From NCBI GenBank assembly GCA_964057225.1, contig OZ059899.1, positions 5,270,001 to 5,334,000 of the forward strand: a stretch of DNA of 64,000 nt, in the 5' to 3' direction. A program made the position numbers and the translations under genes. The stretch comes from Auanema rhodensis (taxonomy: Eukaryota; Animalia; Nematoda). The notes beneath the pieces are model-generated. The model searched no databases. It saw nothing but the letters and a program-made list of their open reading frames with translations, and was not told the DNA's origin. Below, piece by piece: positions 44,309-60,404 of this stretch. Position 1 is the first letter of the stretch. Each line of letters begins with the position of its first letter.

Positions 44309-47300
44309 GAAGAATTGATATAAGCTTTATGTTGAAATACCAATATTAGCGGGTTGTATTTCCATTATCATGTTGTATCGTATAGGTTAGCGAAAAACTG
44401 TTTAATTTACAAAACGTGCTGACTATCCGAATATTGATGCTTGTTTGGAGCACATTAATTTATTAGCAATAATGTAGATTACGTGTTATATTATTATTTG
44501 TATTTGAAAATAATGTCTATAGGCCTGAAAGTTTTTTTTTTCAAAGGAAAAATGAATTTATCTGTAATTTTGTATTTTGAAAATTTTGTGAATTCTTTTT
44601 TTGGAAAAGGTTGCTTTGATTTCTTAGAGAACTTTTGACTTTAATATCATATCTTTCCATTATTCGTTCTAAAATGGAATTGTGAAAATCCTGATAAATC
44701 TAGAGATCAGATTAATAGAAAAAATATTCTTGAGATCGTTCTCACACTCAACATACAAATTTGAATATTCTAGGGGAATTGAGAGTTTTGGTAAATTTCT
44801 CAAAAATAAATTTAAAACAAAAACAGCTTATTCCTGAATTTAAAAAAATTAAAAACTGTGTGCTTGAAATTTTATTTTACATTTTGTTCGATAGAAGTGT
44901 GGAATTATTGCTGTACAACCAATGTTTTTTTGTTAATTTTGAAAGCTTCGGAGGTGAAAATTTGAAAAAAAAAGAAAAGAGTTTTATTTGATTTGTTGAA
45001 ATCGAGAATATTGATGATATAGTTCGATTAAAAACATATAATATACATAAAGTCAATTGATTAGTCAAGATGAAAATGAAATAGCCTGATGGTAAGTAGC
45101 CCATAAAAGTTAGAATCTGCTATATGGCTGAGTTACGAGACATAGAATGCGAGTAAAAGATATGTGATTGCTCAGACCGGAGACATAAGAATTTATTTGC
45201 TCGATTTATCGGATCATGAAATGGAGCAGAAAACATTTGGTCGTCTTTGAAGTTACTTATGTCTCCTGTGAGTAGTCGGTTGACTAGTCATCTCAGACAA
45301 TCCAGTGATTTTAATTTTGCTCATATTAGCACATAGTTACTGTCATCATAACGGATATCTTATATAACCTCTATAGTAATAGTATCCAAATAAATTCAGA
45401 AATCTGTTACCTTAAACTATTATTTCTGATAACTTAATCTGTATATTCTATTATAACTGATAATATTACCTAAGATTATGGTATGTTTTTAACATATTTA
45501 TTTATAATATTTATAGTTGTCCATGATTTTTATTATTTGAAATAGAACAAAAAAACTTTTTTTTTTTTGAAAGAAAACATTAAATTGCATGTATTAATTC
45601 CATTAAATTCAATTGAAATTACTTAGATATATACGATGACATAGTCTTTTAATCATAATTTTTATGATAAATTGACTGTTCGTCGTCCTATTTCAAATCG
45701 AAATGTTCGTTTTGATAGAAAGTAGTGACCGTAATCCTGTTGTAATGATTTGATATCAACATTCATGACAATGGTCTTGCTTTTCATTATCATCTACATC
45801 TTTTCTTTCATGTAGTTGTCATTCATTGATGACAGTAGTCTAGTTGCTGTCTATCGTTCTATCACTAACCTGGATTCTGATTTTCTTTTTAAAAGATTCA
45901 ATGTAAAGAGAGGAAGAGAGAGAGATTAATGTGGAAACAAGGTGAGAGAGAGAGAGAGAGAGATGAGAGAGTGAGTAAGTGAAACATGGAATGGTTGTGA
46001 ATACTGTAGTTGATTGATAACGAACTGAATCTCGACTAGTTTGCCGTTCCTTTCATTTCAATTGAAGACAAATAAAATAACTTTGTCGATAGAAATAAGA
46101 AATTTCAATTCTTTCAGTCCTCTGAACTGCATGAAAATTCTTTAAAAAATGGTTTTTTGCTTGTTTTGAATGTAATATACAGTAATAGTGATTAAATGAA
46201 GACAAAGATAGTAAAGGAGAACGTTTGTCGAAATAGCTTTGAAATCAAATGAAAATGAAAATTATTATCTATTAAGATAATATTCCGTTAATTTATAATA
46301 AATTTATAAAATTACTGTTAATTATTATATTTTTCTTTATTTTCATCAAGTCAAATAGATAATCTTTTTCAACAAAAACTAATATATATTATGTTTTTCA
46401 ACCCTATGTATAATTAATTTTATAATATAATTATAAGTTTGAGAAATTTATTTTATTTCATTTGCCTTTTATATTTTCCTTATTCCCTTATTTTCTTTTT
46501 TTTCAATCTATTCCTCTTTCTTTTTCTCTCTATCTTTTTCTCTTTCTCTCTCTCTCTCTCTCTTTCTCTCTTCATATATATATTTAAGTTTATGATCTTC
46601 GTCGGACTTCTTTGAGCTCACACTAGTCTTCTCTTTCGGATCCTATGATTCTCTGAGTTCTCTTGAATATAAAAACTATTTCTTTAATATTCCTATATAC
46701 ACCCTTCTGTTTCTCCGATTTGCCTTCAAAACTAGCAGACGTTGGCGTTTTGTCCTTCACTTTATGGCTTCAATTTTTGAAGATGACGAAGAAGAAGAGA
46801 AGTGAGGATTACGGTAGTTCTATCCTATCATAACCGATGTGTATTTCACATCTGTCATCAGAAGTTGTCAAATTGACAAATTGAATTTTGTACTGTCTTA
46901 CTGTATAATGTAAATTCTTCCTGAAAAGTACAAATTAGAAGAGAAAAAGTGTATATTTTGCAGAATATTTTACTATATTGAGAAATTTATATAATATATC
47001 TTGTAAACATCTTCATTTTCTTATTATTTCTAAAAAGAAAAAGATGTTGTTATTTCATTGAAATCAAAAAAAAAATTCATTTTGGTTCAAAGATGAAAAA
47101 AAAAACTTTTTTCTTCTCATACAGAACTATTCACTGATGTTAAGGTAGGAAGATATTTTGTCGGAAAAAAAATAAAAAAAAGTTCCGGAACTGAGTCAGC
47201 CGGAACCTCAAAAAAGTGTAATAAAAATAAAAAAAAAAGGACAATATTTTAAAAATAAAAATACAAATGAACTCTTTAGAATATTTCTTGCGATTTCACA

Positions 47301-48288
47301 TATGTTCTTCAGTTTTATGAAAATGACAATGCCTTTCATCTAAACCGATTTTGCAATTTTATGATGGAAACAGATGTCATTAAGTTAGTTACAAGGGACA
47401 GATATATTGATGCTGACCATCAGGGTTGTTGCTCAAACATCGTATACTTCATCTGTAAGTGAAACACGACAGGAGATACAACACACGTTTCTCATTTAGA
47501 ATGACGTGACAGCATCATTGGAGAATTTCGAATGATTACTCCATGTTGCTGTAGTCAATATGGTTAGCATGTTCTGCGTAAATCTCAATTTATTGAATCA
47601 AATTTGTATTTCAATTTGTCTAAATGATATGTAGCAGATGAAACAGATGGTTCTTCTGAATAGTATCTATGTTTTAGGACGAAATTTGTGAAATTTTGTC
47701 CTCAAATTAGACAATTATCCTGTTCGAAACGTTTACAACAGCCACGACATGGTAGAACAACGTGACCAATGAATGAACAATTGTGATTGTGATATAAGAT
47801 ATTTTGAATTAAATCATAGCATATATACTTAAAAATGCTATTTGAATTTAGATGCTATTAGATTATAAATTATTTATTCAAAGAATAATATCTTAATAAT
47901 ATAATTTATACATATTGCATATGATGTGCTCTAATTGAAACTACAGTATACCATTCAATTACGGTCTCAAATACTATGAGCATACTGTAGAAGCATCGAA
48001 TATCGTTTGTCACTCAAGATTATCTATTCTATGGCAGTCTGTTAATCAATCGTCAGTCCCTCATTGACGAAACAACATCTTTATTATGAACCTTCTTTTC
48101 TTCTTTCATCTCCCCCCTTCTCTCTCTTTCTCTCTCTTTCTCTTTCTCATACACACATATTTCCTCTCATCTGATTCTCTCTATATCACAATTTCTCAAA
48201 CTTCGCGGTTTACGTGTTCCTGCTGTCATCATCGTCACTATCCTTCTTCTTTTTTTCTTTTCTTCCTCTTATGAAAACTATAGACAAT

Positions 48289-48329
<41 letters not shown>

Positions 48330-48708
48330 TTCTATCTCTATCGCCGAACTTCACACACGTTTCTCAGCAATCGTCTGACATCGTAGTGTTTTATCATATT
48401 GTGCTGTCTCTTCTTTATAACTCCATACGTGTGCCAAATGAGTGTGTGGTCTTCATCGTCTCACTTCTCCTCATTTCCTCATATTCGTCATCGATGTCAT
48501 AGTGTCCTCCTTGGCAGATGTCATCTTTACGACCAGCCCCATCACTTTCTTTTTTGCCGACGGACAGCACAACAAGTATCTTCACAGTCATTTTAGTCTA
48601 TCTCTCTCATCGTGAGCATGGCACAACTTCTATATAGACGTCAACAAGTCATATCTCGAGTCGTCATCTGGTATGGACCACACCGGCTACCGTATATAGC
48701 TTTTTGAA

Positions 48709-48819
48709 ATGACCGCAACTAGCTCGTCGTCATGTTTTCCGCCTTCAGAAGTTATTGAACCGATCGACCTTAATAACCTTATATGGACTGGGAATAAACT
48801 CTCAGTTTACAATCCTGAC
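48709..48819 (+). other. Candidate first coding exon of an unidentified long-intron gene
   Basis: ATG-initiated MTATSSSSCFPPSEVIEPIDLNNLIWTGNKLSVYNPD followed by a possible donor GTTTAG, with TTTTAG upstream at 48591. No partner exon or homology recognised. Confidence 0.25.
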
Positions 48820-51800
48820 GTTTAGTTCATTAAACTATATTAACTATACGTATTGTATTGATATATCTAGATATACGTATATACATATATAGCTTGACAA
48901 CATAGCTTCAACTAGATTATGAGTCTCATGATGGAAAAAAAATTGATTGAATGTTAGGATAATGGGTATCATAGAAAGTTTATAAAAAATAATTTTTATT
49001 CTTAAAGGAAAAGATGAAAGAGAAATAGAAACAATTATAGAAATACAAAGGTTCGATGATTCAAAGAGAAATACAGAAATAAAACCAAAAAATGACAATT
49101 TCAGATGAGAAAATGACTATCATAAGCAGATTATTTGGGAATTCTCTTACTATTTAAGGATATATCATTATATAATATTTAGTGGGAGATATTGAAAAGC
49201 CGTAAGAGATATAGAGAAGGTGAGAAACATTAGTAGAAAAGACATGCATATGATGTATGTAGATAGATGATCCTGACAAAGATGACTATTAAGACATCGG
49301 ATTACGGTAATGAAATCAAAAAATACAATAAGATTGAGATTATCTCAAAAGGTTCTTTTGTTTTTTATAATAATTTAACTTATATAATAGATTAGTAAAG
49401 ACAAATTAATATAAATAAAATTAGCATAAATCAATTTATATCTTATAAGAATGATTTTTGTAATTTTCTTAATTTTTCTTTATCTTATAGATATTAACAG
49501 TAGTATATCATGGGAATTTGTATATTATTCTATAATAAATTGGATTTTATATATCCTAAAAGGTATCAGATTCAAGAAATTTATATTTATGAAATATAAA
49601 AATTATATTTTAATAGCTGTTCATGGATAAATCTCTATCTATACATATCTTCTTATAATTCCCTCTCTCTCTTTTATTTTAAAACTATTTCATAAAATAG
49701 TTAAATTAAATTAATAAAATAAAATAAAAACTAAAAATATATTGAATATACTATATATATATATAATATACAATATAATATTATATATAATTTCTAAATT
49801 CACATGTTACTCCTTCTAAGTAGAAAATCCTTTTTATTACTGTCATCTGAATGAAAATGTTTCATTGGGCTGTAAACTATACAAACCATTTTCAAGTTTT
49901 ATATATAAAATATTTATTTTTTTCGTGAAAATAGCCCATTATGAGTTTTAGAGATGATTTCATTCAAGAACTGTCTTCCGAGGTTTATGGACTCTATTGA
50001 CCGTCGTTTATGAGTTTCATGTGAATGTAAACTCCAATACTTCATCTTTGAAATTCAGTTGCCTAACACATTCTTCAGTTGTAGTTCTTCCAAAAAAATA
50101 TTTTTTTTTCCTTTTCTTCGTCAAACATAAGAAAATTATTTCAAATTTTTCTGATTATCTTAAGAAACCTCTCATAACCTTTCAAAACCAATTATAATAT
50201 AAAAAAATCTTTTTTTTTCAGATAGATAAGTGAATTCTAACTGTTGATATGCTTGTGCTTCCTTCTTCATCATATAACTGTATTAGCTTCAACAGCTAAT
50301 ACCACTACTGTTCATTGGAACATTCATGATTTTCACTGTTATTTACAGCATGTTATGAACTTGCCCAAGTTGGATTAAACATCTAAGGTAATGTTTTATT
50401 TTAATTATTATATTTATTAATGAATTAACTGTATTCAATTGTTTCATTTTCCTATGCAATCTACCGATATTCTACCGTAATACTAATCTAGAATCATACA
50501 TGTCTTACATAATTTTCGTCAGCACCACACAGTTTATATTAGAAAAAGGAAAAGAGAAAACTGACAGTAAAAAAGAAAAAGATAAAGATAGATAGATAGA
50601 AAGAAGAAAAGACAGTGAATTCCTTTTCAAGCAGAAAAAAACCAAAGAAGTCCCTGAAAGGGGGGATCATTTACAGGGAACATGTGTCTGTACATTAAGG
50701 TGTTATAATCCCCATTCAAGCGGTGGTCATCAATTGCTTTGAATAATAATCATATTTCTTCGTTTTTCTCGTTATAGATGTGACTATGTTATCAGTACTA
50801 CACTTCACCCCCCCCCCCTTACCTACCTACACATGTATAAGCCGTCAGCAGCGGCGGCTTCTTCTTCTTCTTCCGTTCTCTCTACATTCTCTCATTCTTT
50901 TTCTCAATCACTACTGATTTCTCTCTTTATCTCTTACTATATACTTCTTCATCTTCTTTCTCTATGTCTTGTACATTTTGTCTGATAACAAGGGAGGCAA
51001 CAGAGACACACGATGTTTTACCAGCCTAAATTTTCTTTCATCTTGCCGACTTGCTTTCAAACTCAATTACTGATGATCAATCGTGCAATAGCAATTTTTC
51101 GTTTTTCAACCCATGCTACATCTCCTTCGGACTAAATGAAAATGATTGATTGAATTGTCATTATGAGATTCAACTTTTGTCTTCTTAAGGTATGTCTGAT
51201 GAATAATGAGAATTCAGAATTGATCTTATAGAAGTGAATCATAACTGATACTTACATCTTTGACATATTTTGGAAAATACAGTTCCAAATACAGATCTGT
51301 ATTCAAGTTTGAATTTAAAGCTTAATACCAGAAACTTTCATCATTTACTGTATACCATTTTCATCATAATACAGATATGTATATGTATGATCCAGACGTT
51401 TTAAACAATCACCTCTGGAGTTTCTTATCGATATTATACAGCATTATGACATCATTTATAATAAGAGTTTACTATTTATCTTTTCAACTTATCCTTCTTC
51501 ATTATAATATCCAGATTGGAATATTTTCTGGCTGTGATGGTAAACCTCAAGAAAAAGAAAAAATAAATTGCTAAAAAAGTATTCATTATCTTTCTAGACA
51601 AGTAGATAGAAGACTGACGCCAGCGGTTCGCTTTGAGCAAGCTTCTGGTCTCTCCTACCTCATACATCGCTTCCACATTCCTTCTTCAAATGATATTCTT
51701 CTTCCTGTTATATTCCTCTTTCTCCCTCCTTCTCTCTCTCTTTTTCTGTACCCTTTTTACCTTCTATTCTATACAACCTGCAATGTTGCTAACGTCGTCA

Positions 51801-53770
51801 TCTACTGTCCTTCTGATTATCAATCTTCCAGCTTCTGACTATATTTGGCTATTGGCGGCGCCCTTTCATCATTAACTCCCACAATGTTTTAAAATGATAT
51901 CATCGATTTCTAATTTTTGAACAATTTTTTTGAAAAATTGAAAAATTTAATGTTTTCTTCAATTACACGTCATCTGTGAAGGCGTATTTGCCTAGCAGCA
52001 GTACCAACCTTCTCAGTCTCCTTGAAACCGTTACAAAAAAATTATCATCCATCCATTTATTACTTATTTATAAGATCATACAACTAATTTTTATTCTAAT
52101 CCAAAAAAACATTATGAATTATGTATTTTTCTAAGTCATATTCCGATTGGGACCCATTTTCCTTTGAAAAACAAGTTTTATCACTTCAAATTTCAGTAGA
52201 AAACTTTTTCACTTTTTCTATATATTTCAATTTAGTTTTTGTTGAAAAAAAATTTAAAAATTTCAAATGTTTATAATACTTTTTTAAATTTTTTAATTAA
52301 TTTCTTTATAATTATTATTACAAAGTAAAGTAACGATCAGTTTTTCTTTGAATATAAAAAGAGATAGGTTATCCCCTAATTTTATTTATACCAAACATAT
52401 GTAATTATATAATTTAGTATCCTAAAATCCTTTTATTTTATTTAAAAAGAAAGAAGTTTTTTGATATTATTTACTTAAAAGATTAACCTTAATCTATTTA
52501 ACCTTGTTAACACCTTACCCTATGAATCCAAGTTAGCTCAATGGCCTTTTACCGAAAAGAAGATTCATACATTATAGTTGAAAGAAGACCGCCCGGCTAC
52601 TACTTTGAGACAACTGATCATCATAATCCGCTAATATTTCTTTATATATATACATATATAAATAGATGATCCGAAAAAATCTTATAACTATTTCTTGTTG
52701 TTTATTGGATAGATTACGGATTAAAGTTTGAATGTGGATGAGCCATAGGCATATAAGGATGATTCATCGGATTCTTTTTTCCCTATAATGCTGCGACATC
52801 TAAGTTTCATGCTAAATCATAAAGCTGATATCAGTTTATATTCAAGTTGAACTTGAATATATGTAAAAATCTTAGCCCCTTCCATATTCTCTCTTTCAAA
52901 ATGTATGCTTATTGAACATATTATGAGCAGAAAAAACAGTACATAAGATGTATGTGTGATGATGGATGAACATGACAGGTCATGACATCATGTTACGAAT
53001 CATCGTCGGCTTATTAACAAGTAAAGAAAGATTGATATGGAGAGAAAAAGAAGGTAATAGATCTAACTGATATGAAAGTTGATGAAGTTATTACTTTTCC
53101 TTCTTATATCACCTTTACTAGTATATATAGAAGAGAAGGTCAATCAACATCGGGCTCTTTGAAATAGCTCCGATCAGTACAAGATACATCACATCATTCA
53201 TCATGTTCGCGTGTCCTCACGTACAATTTGGAAAAAGTTCTGTTAACGCCTGTCACACATACATACTGTCGGCACGTGCTTCAGAACATTAGTTCTTTGA
53301 CAGAAATAAAATATTTCAGGACAAAAAGAAATGCCGACGATTGAGATTCTAAGAGAAAAGCTGAATATTTTTTATATTTTTCTTAATTTAATACTTGTTA
53401 ACCATATAATATATTTAAGAGAAAACAAGTAATTGAGGTTGAACATGCTATCGATTTGCTGTAGTCAATTTAAACTTGAAAAATCAATGATTAATCAGGT
53501 ATTATGGTACATGTACATGTATTGTTTAACTAGTTAGCTATATGATATAGTTAACATAACAAAGTTATATAATCAAAGAAATATTTTACAATCTTACTAT
53601 ATAGATAGATAGATATACATAGGTGATGATTATAACCTAACCAAACCCTTTCCATTAACCATATTACCGCCTGTGTCTGTGATATGACTCTTTGACTCGT
53701 CTATATACCGTAACATCACAACTTAATACTTAATTTTGAAAACATTTTTTACCAAGAAGCTTAGTTAAGT

Positions 53771-53859
<89 letters not shown>
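53771..53859. repeat. (CT)n microsatellite
   Basis: ~90-bp CT run. Confidence 0.95.
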
Positions 53860-53861
<2 letters not shown>

Positions 53862-56800
53862 GTTGTTCTTTTTCGCTTACAAATGATAATCGATTTCGTA
53901 GTTCATTTTCTCTTGAATTTTGGCAGAAATTGAAATTATGTGTTCTTCGTCATCTTTCTGAAAAAAAATATATGCATAAGTATTGATCATTGATAGAACT
54001 GAAACTACTAAAACATAACAATAATACTATATTTAGTATTTTCATTTATTAAAATTAAAAATTTTCTTAGAATATTCTATTTTCATTCTTTATAATTTCA
54101 ATTATTTCTTATCAAATTAATTGATTTTTTCATTTATTTATCCGATTAATAGGTGTTAAGACAATAAGATTACATGCGTAAGCTCTTGATAAGCCTAAGT
54201 TCAACATAGGTCAGCATGGCGGTAGGGCACTTACTCATTTCTTCTGGTCTCTCCGCTCATATGACCTGCTACTTCACTAAAAATCAAAAAAATCTTTTTA
54301 TCATAGAATAAGATAAAGAATAAAAGTTTAGTTTTGAAATAAAAAAATTCTGCAAGTTTCGTAAAACTTTTCTTTTTCATTCTATTACCGACTGCGTGTC
54401 CCTATTTCTAATTTTTCTATCATAGCAAAGTTTATATAGGAATCACTATCAATATTATTTGTATTCTGAGCTCAATAGACCATTTGACGCTAGTTGGTCC
54501 AAGGTCGATTCTGAAGTCTTTTTAGACGTCTACTCGTCGATGTCATCGCTTTACAGTTATCATTCGTAGACGTTGATGTTAGATGTTGTCCTTCCCAATA
54601 CTTCATGACGACAGCAAGTAGATATGACAACAACTATGAATGTTCTACGTAAAATAGTAAAATGACGGGGGGAAGAGGGAAAAAGAGAGTTTTGAATGGG
54701 GGGGGGGTTGATGAGAGTGGAAAGGGCTATGATGAACTTGTGGTTGGTGTTCGAATTGAATTACCGTACTACATCGACTATAGTATCTAAGAAATAATTA
54801 ATAAAGAAATAGAAAAATAGAAATCTTATATTAATTTTATTATTAAAAAAGTATTATATGATATATAATATTTAATAAAATATAAATAATTATTTTATCA
54901 TAACTTTAAAAAAAAAGTTAAAATATATAATATTTTAATATATAAATTGTATTTATGAATTACTTATTCATATAATTAATTTCTAATATTATAATAGTTT
55001 TATTGCTTTTTTTTATAAATTATTAACACTTCATTCCCTTGTTATATTTCATATTCTATTCTTTCATATCTTCTATATTAGGAATCATCACAGCTTCATT
55101 CTCATCTCTTCTTATGGGGTGCTACTCAAACATAAATGTTATGATAGAGACAACTGATAATAAATCTTCTTTGTCGTTTTCTTCTGTCACAATGAGCTCA
55201 TTTTCTTTCTCTTTTTCTCTTTATTCAATTGCTCTCTTGTACTATTTCTATCTATCTTTCTCTCTCACAAACTTTCTATCCAAAGGAGAAGCTCTAAGAG
55301 ACATTCTGTCGTTCCCTCCATTTTGATCTTTTCTTCTTTCCTTTCCATACTTTCTTATCAATACTAAAAAGAGCAACATATAAGAGATTTAGACATGATA
55401 GAAAATGAACGATCATGAGAATTCTTTAAGATTGAGCTTTTCACCTAAGGGTGTACGGTAAGACCCAATAACTGATGTACTTTCTTTCCTCCCATTTTTC
55501 GGTAAACTGTTCTCCTACTATTTCTTTAAGTATTCGTTCCTTATTCATATTTCCTTGATAATAATTAAATAAAACAATTTTCTAATAATTTTTGATATTA
55601 GATTATACTGTATAACTTGTGGGTTTTATAAAATATTTTTGGGATAATCGAACTAGATCCTCTTAATTCTCATTACCAAATTCCATCCCCCCTTTCATTG
55701 TTTTTGAAGACAATTCTTTTTCAATTGTTTTCGTCGGTAAGGTGTCAAAGCATATGAACCTTAACTGAGAAGATGCCGAAAGTCATCTTCATGTGCCAGA
55801 AGCATGGTTGTGACAGGTTGCTGAAACAGATGATCTTGCTCGTGGCATTATCGGCATCGTGTCACAAGCTCTTTGAGCCGGTTACTCCAGTCCCTGTCTG
55901 ATATATCATCCATCATGCGGCCATGGAAGGTTAGATGAGCTGGTAGATGTGCTCTACGAATTGTTTTAGCTGACGACACATGTCATGTCGGTTTGCTTTT
56001 ACCTGAAAGTTCATCTAGACTTTGGCCTTTGCCGACAACATTGAATTACATTGAGTGAAGCCTTTAAATCTTGAAGTGCATACAATGCATTTGAATTTCA
56101 ATCTATTTCGTACGTTCAAATCAATTTTTAAATATTTTTATCTGATCCGACCATCCCTCTCTCTTTCACTTCTTTTGGAGTTTGGGAAAAAAGCTAAATG
56201 AAACAGCTGCGAGAAGCAAAAGCTTGCAGCCTCATCAGACTTTGGAATGAATAGCTTTGGTGGTACATGTTAGGATATAGGAAAAAGGGACATAGAAAGA
56301 TTGTCATTAGTTGTGTGGGGTCGTCCATTGCCATCCATGTAATTAATCCGAAACAAGAAGTATGTGTTTGCTCGTATATAGAAATGACAGACGTTGAGCA
56401 TTACATGTTCATCCATGAACATGAAAGCAAGTGAACTAAAGATTTGCAGAAAAAAAAGTCTAATCCTTTCTATTTGATCAAACATATTTTATATTGATTT
56501 CACATGATTTTCGAGTCATGCCTCAGGCGGTAACTATGAAACCAAGGAGGACCAAATGAAGTAAGGGAAGTCATTTGATGGCAAACAAATGACGTTGCAG
56601 GGGTACTGTAGTCCCTTGTTAAAGATGAAAGAAATGTAGAGAATTAGAGATAGAAAAAGATAATTGAAGAGTATATGAATACGAGAGAGTCAAACTAAGG
56701 AGTCATATAGTTGTACTCTCTCTCTCTCTTCTTCTTTCCCTTTCTATGCTTACCTAATGATGTTAGAGGCAGATACATCGTCACTTCATCATCACAGCTT

Positions 56801-59800
56801 TTCGAACGCAAAGAATATGCTCCAGCTATAAGGAAGATGAGAGAATGAACAGTTGTTTAACAAACCTTGTAGGATTTAAGTTTTTATTTGAAATGAAATA
56901 AGAATAAGAAGTAAAATATTACAATATAGTATAGTTGTTGTGTTTATTTTAGTTAATTTAATGTATATATCTTCTAATTATATGTATTTACTATATCTCT
57001 CATCCAATATTTTCCCTCTTTCACTGTTAACTATGTTCATCAGTAGTTTATATTTAACAGTTTGTAAGTTAAGAAAGAAAGCTTCACAAAGTTTGTGTAT
57101 GTATGTGTATTGATGGAAAATAAAAAGAGGAAGAGGGTAAAGAGAAGAGTATCGTAATGATTACAAGATGACAAAAGATGCTTTAGACCTTCAACGCTTT
57201 CTCCAAGTTTTACAGCAAGTTTTCCCCCAACCAAAAATCTTTTTTCCCACATATTGTCTTCATCAAACCGTTAGATAGGCAATCCATTAAATAGTGAATT
57301 TGAAGTTTGATGATAGAACATATGTGGTAGAATGGAAGTTAAAGTAAGCTGAAGTTTGATATGAAAAACATTTCACAAACATATTTCATAGCAATGCTTT
57401 AAGATGAATTGATATAAGGTAGTAATCTTTTAAAAAAAGATTTGTTTATTCTGGTTCTTAGATAGTTAATCTTCTTAATTCATCAATTGCATTCTAAATA
57501 AGTTGTATATGTATGAAACTATCAGTTTTTAAAGTTTTGTTCTTATTCTCCCTCATCTCGATCTGCCATTAGGCTTCGTCCGATACGGTGTCAATTCAGT
57601 TCAGATGTCATTGACGACGACAACGTCGACAATGATGATGTGAAAAAGAGAGAACGAAGGATAATAACGAAATAAGAGAGAAAAGAGAAGTAGTGACTAG
57701 ATGATGACAGTCAATTATCCAAAACTTCATCATTTTGACAAATGCTATGTGTTAGAAATTGTAAATCCAAGTGATATATGACTGAGCAACCTGACTTTGC
57801 CGAGCATTTTTGAGTTTTTAAAATGAATCAACTCAAATGAGTATGATTTACGTTCATTTGATGAGCATTTAAATTGAAAAAAATGAGGGAAAATGGGATG
57901 AGAAAATGATTTTATATGAAAACAATTTATCAAAAGAATTGTTTAATATATAAAATTATAATAAAATCTTAAAATTCTAACTTATAGTTAATTAATATAA
58001 TAATATATTTATATTTACACATATTTAGAATATTTATAATAATTTGTGTTTCTATAGTGTTAGCCTATTCTGTAAGTTATGCTCCATGATATGACCCTAA
58101 TATGGTCACATGTTTTATGGTTGTCTTTGGCTGATTTAGATATAATTTATATCTTTTTTCTCTACTTTCCTCACCTCATCTCTCTCCCTCTCTTTATTTC
58201 ATTCTTACTATCTCTCTCATTCTCTCTATTTCTCTTGTATTACCTTCTTTAATTCTTTTAACCTCTTATTCATTCTTGATCTCTCTTCTTATTTCTTTTA
58301 CTCTCTATATCTTCTAAGACCTTGGATGTCATAACAATCTTAAAAGGAGTTTGTGCAAAGTCTGATGAGGATGATGGAAGGTGTCTATATACGTGTGTAT
58401 GCGTGTTTGGAAGGATATCTATGAATGTAGATGATGTATTCATCTAATCCTATTCAAAACGAAGTATTAGATTCAAGTAATTATCGTTCGTTCATCATCT
58501 TTAAATCAGATCATGAAGATGATGTACATGAATGAGAATAAGAGTAAGAACGTTGGTAGCAAGTTGGTAAGATGATGATCCCGGGTGGCAACAGACATTC
58601 ATTTCTTTTTCATAAAGAAAAGGATCACTTTTCGTCTCTTACATGTCTACGATATTCAATCTACACATTGGAGGACATGCCCTCCGGCCCAAATTTTATG
58701 TTCAATTCAAGTATCTTGTATATGTGGAGTTTTTCTCCTCATTCATCTTCTTTCCTCTCTTTTCCTACAAAACTGCTATAGATGTTGTCCTTCAAATCAT
58801 ATATCGGTCGTTTCATTGGAATACTCGGACTCAGACAAGCCTTAGCTGAGTTCGGTTGCCTTCTCATTCTATTCTTTTTCTTCTTCTTTTCTAGGTTACC
58901 ATGAATGAAGCATACAAGCAGAGCAGAGAAACAATAGCTTTATCTAACGGTGTTCCTAGATTAGCCTTCTGAATCATCTACATTCATGTCATCTGAGTTC
59001 AACGTAAAGTAATAGAAGAAGAAAAGACAGTATGACATCTGTGTATTCAATCCTTAGTCATTGCGAATGGCGTGCGCCGTCAAACTATTATCATTCCATT
59101 ACATCTTCGTTTTGCTCCATGTTCGCTCACTTGTCGGCAAGTGAGCTCTTCTCTAGAGAGTAACTCAACAGCTCTCTCTCTCTCTCTCTCTAGCTTTGAC
59201 ACTCTCTGTCATTACCCTTGTTCTATCATATGCTATCCTTGTATCATTTCATCTTGATCGCATCTTTGCTGACATCGTACTTACTAGGCACGTGTCGACG
59301 GCACCTACCTGTCAACATGCCGCTTTTGCCCATTTTTTGTCCAAAAATCTCTTTAATTTTTTTAAAGAAAATCATGATAAAACTCTAAAGAATAATAATG
59401 TCTATCAATCATCTAATCAGCTCTGTTTTCTTTATTTCACAACTAAACCAATTTTTTTCTATTGAAACCCAAACGTTCCTCGTATCTGATTTTAAAAGTT
59501 TTCAAAAACAATATTTCAAATCTAAGTGTGTCAACTTATTTTGAATCAAAAGTCAATTTATAATGTTCTAAATGTAAATAAAGATTAAAAAATATAAATT
59601 AAAATGATGAAGGATTAATGATGTGCTTGAAAAAAGGTATTAATTCATGTCATTTTTAATTAATTACCAATTATACTATAACCATAAAACAATAGTTATA
59701 TGGTCTTTTTCTATTCTATACATATATGTACATCACATTCAACTATTTGTAGTTTTCTTAACAATCAAATAAGCTTAATTCTTTTAATTATATTATATAT

Positions 59801-60404
59801 ATACTATACTATACCATATAATCTATAATTTTTTTTTTCATTCTCAATCTAACAATTTCTTTAAAATTAATTTAACTGTCACTAAATTTGCAGACTAATT
59901 TACTAGTCTGTTTCCAGAATAAAATCATTAGAAATAAGATTTATTTACGATTTATTGACATTGCTTTTGGAAATATTATACATTTACATCAATATTTCAA
60001 TTAATTTAGCTCAGTATATACGTATAGTATATGACTAAATATATATTCATATAGTTAAGATTGAGATATATTTTATAATAAACTTTTGACACTTATTATC
60101 TATGTTAATTGATAAAATATATTTTATGTACTTATTATATTACAAAGCAATTTTGTCTACCTGATTTCTTCTTCTACGTTGTGAGAAGATGCCTCCGCCT
60201 TCAACCCCCTGAACGTATTTCCTATTCCAACTCTTCTTTTTCAATCATCCCCCCTTCTTTTTGTCATCTTTTTCCATCTCTCTCTCTCTCTTTCTCTTCT
60301 TTATATATCTCTCTCTATCTTTGTCTTCCCTTCTCTCATAGTTTAGCCTTACAATTTTCGTTCATCTCATTCTATTATACATATATACACATAGCGCTTC
60401 CACG

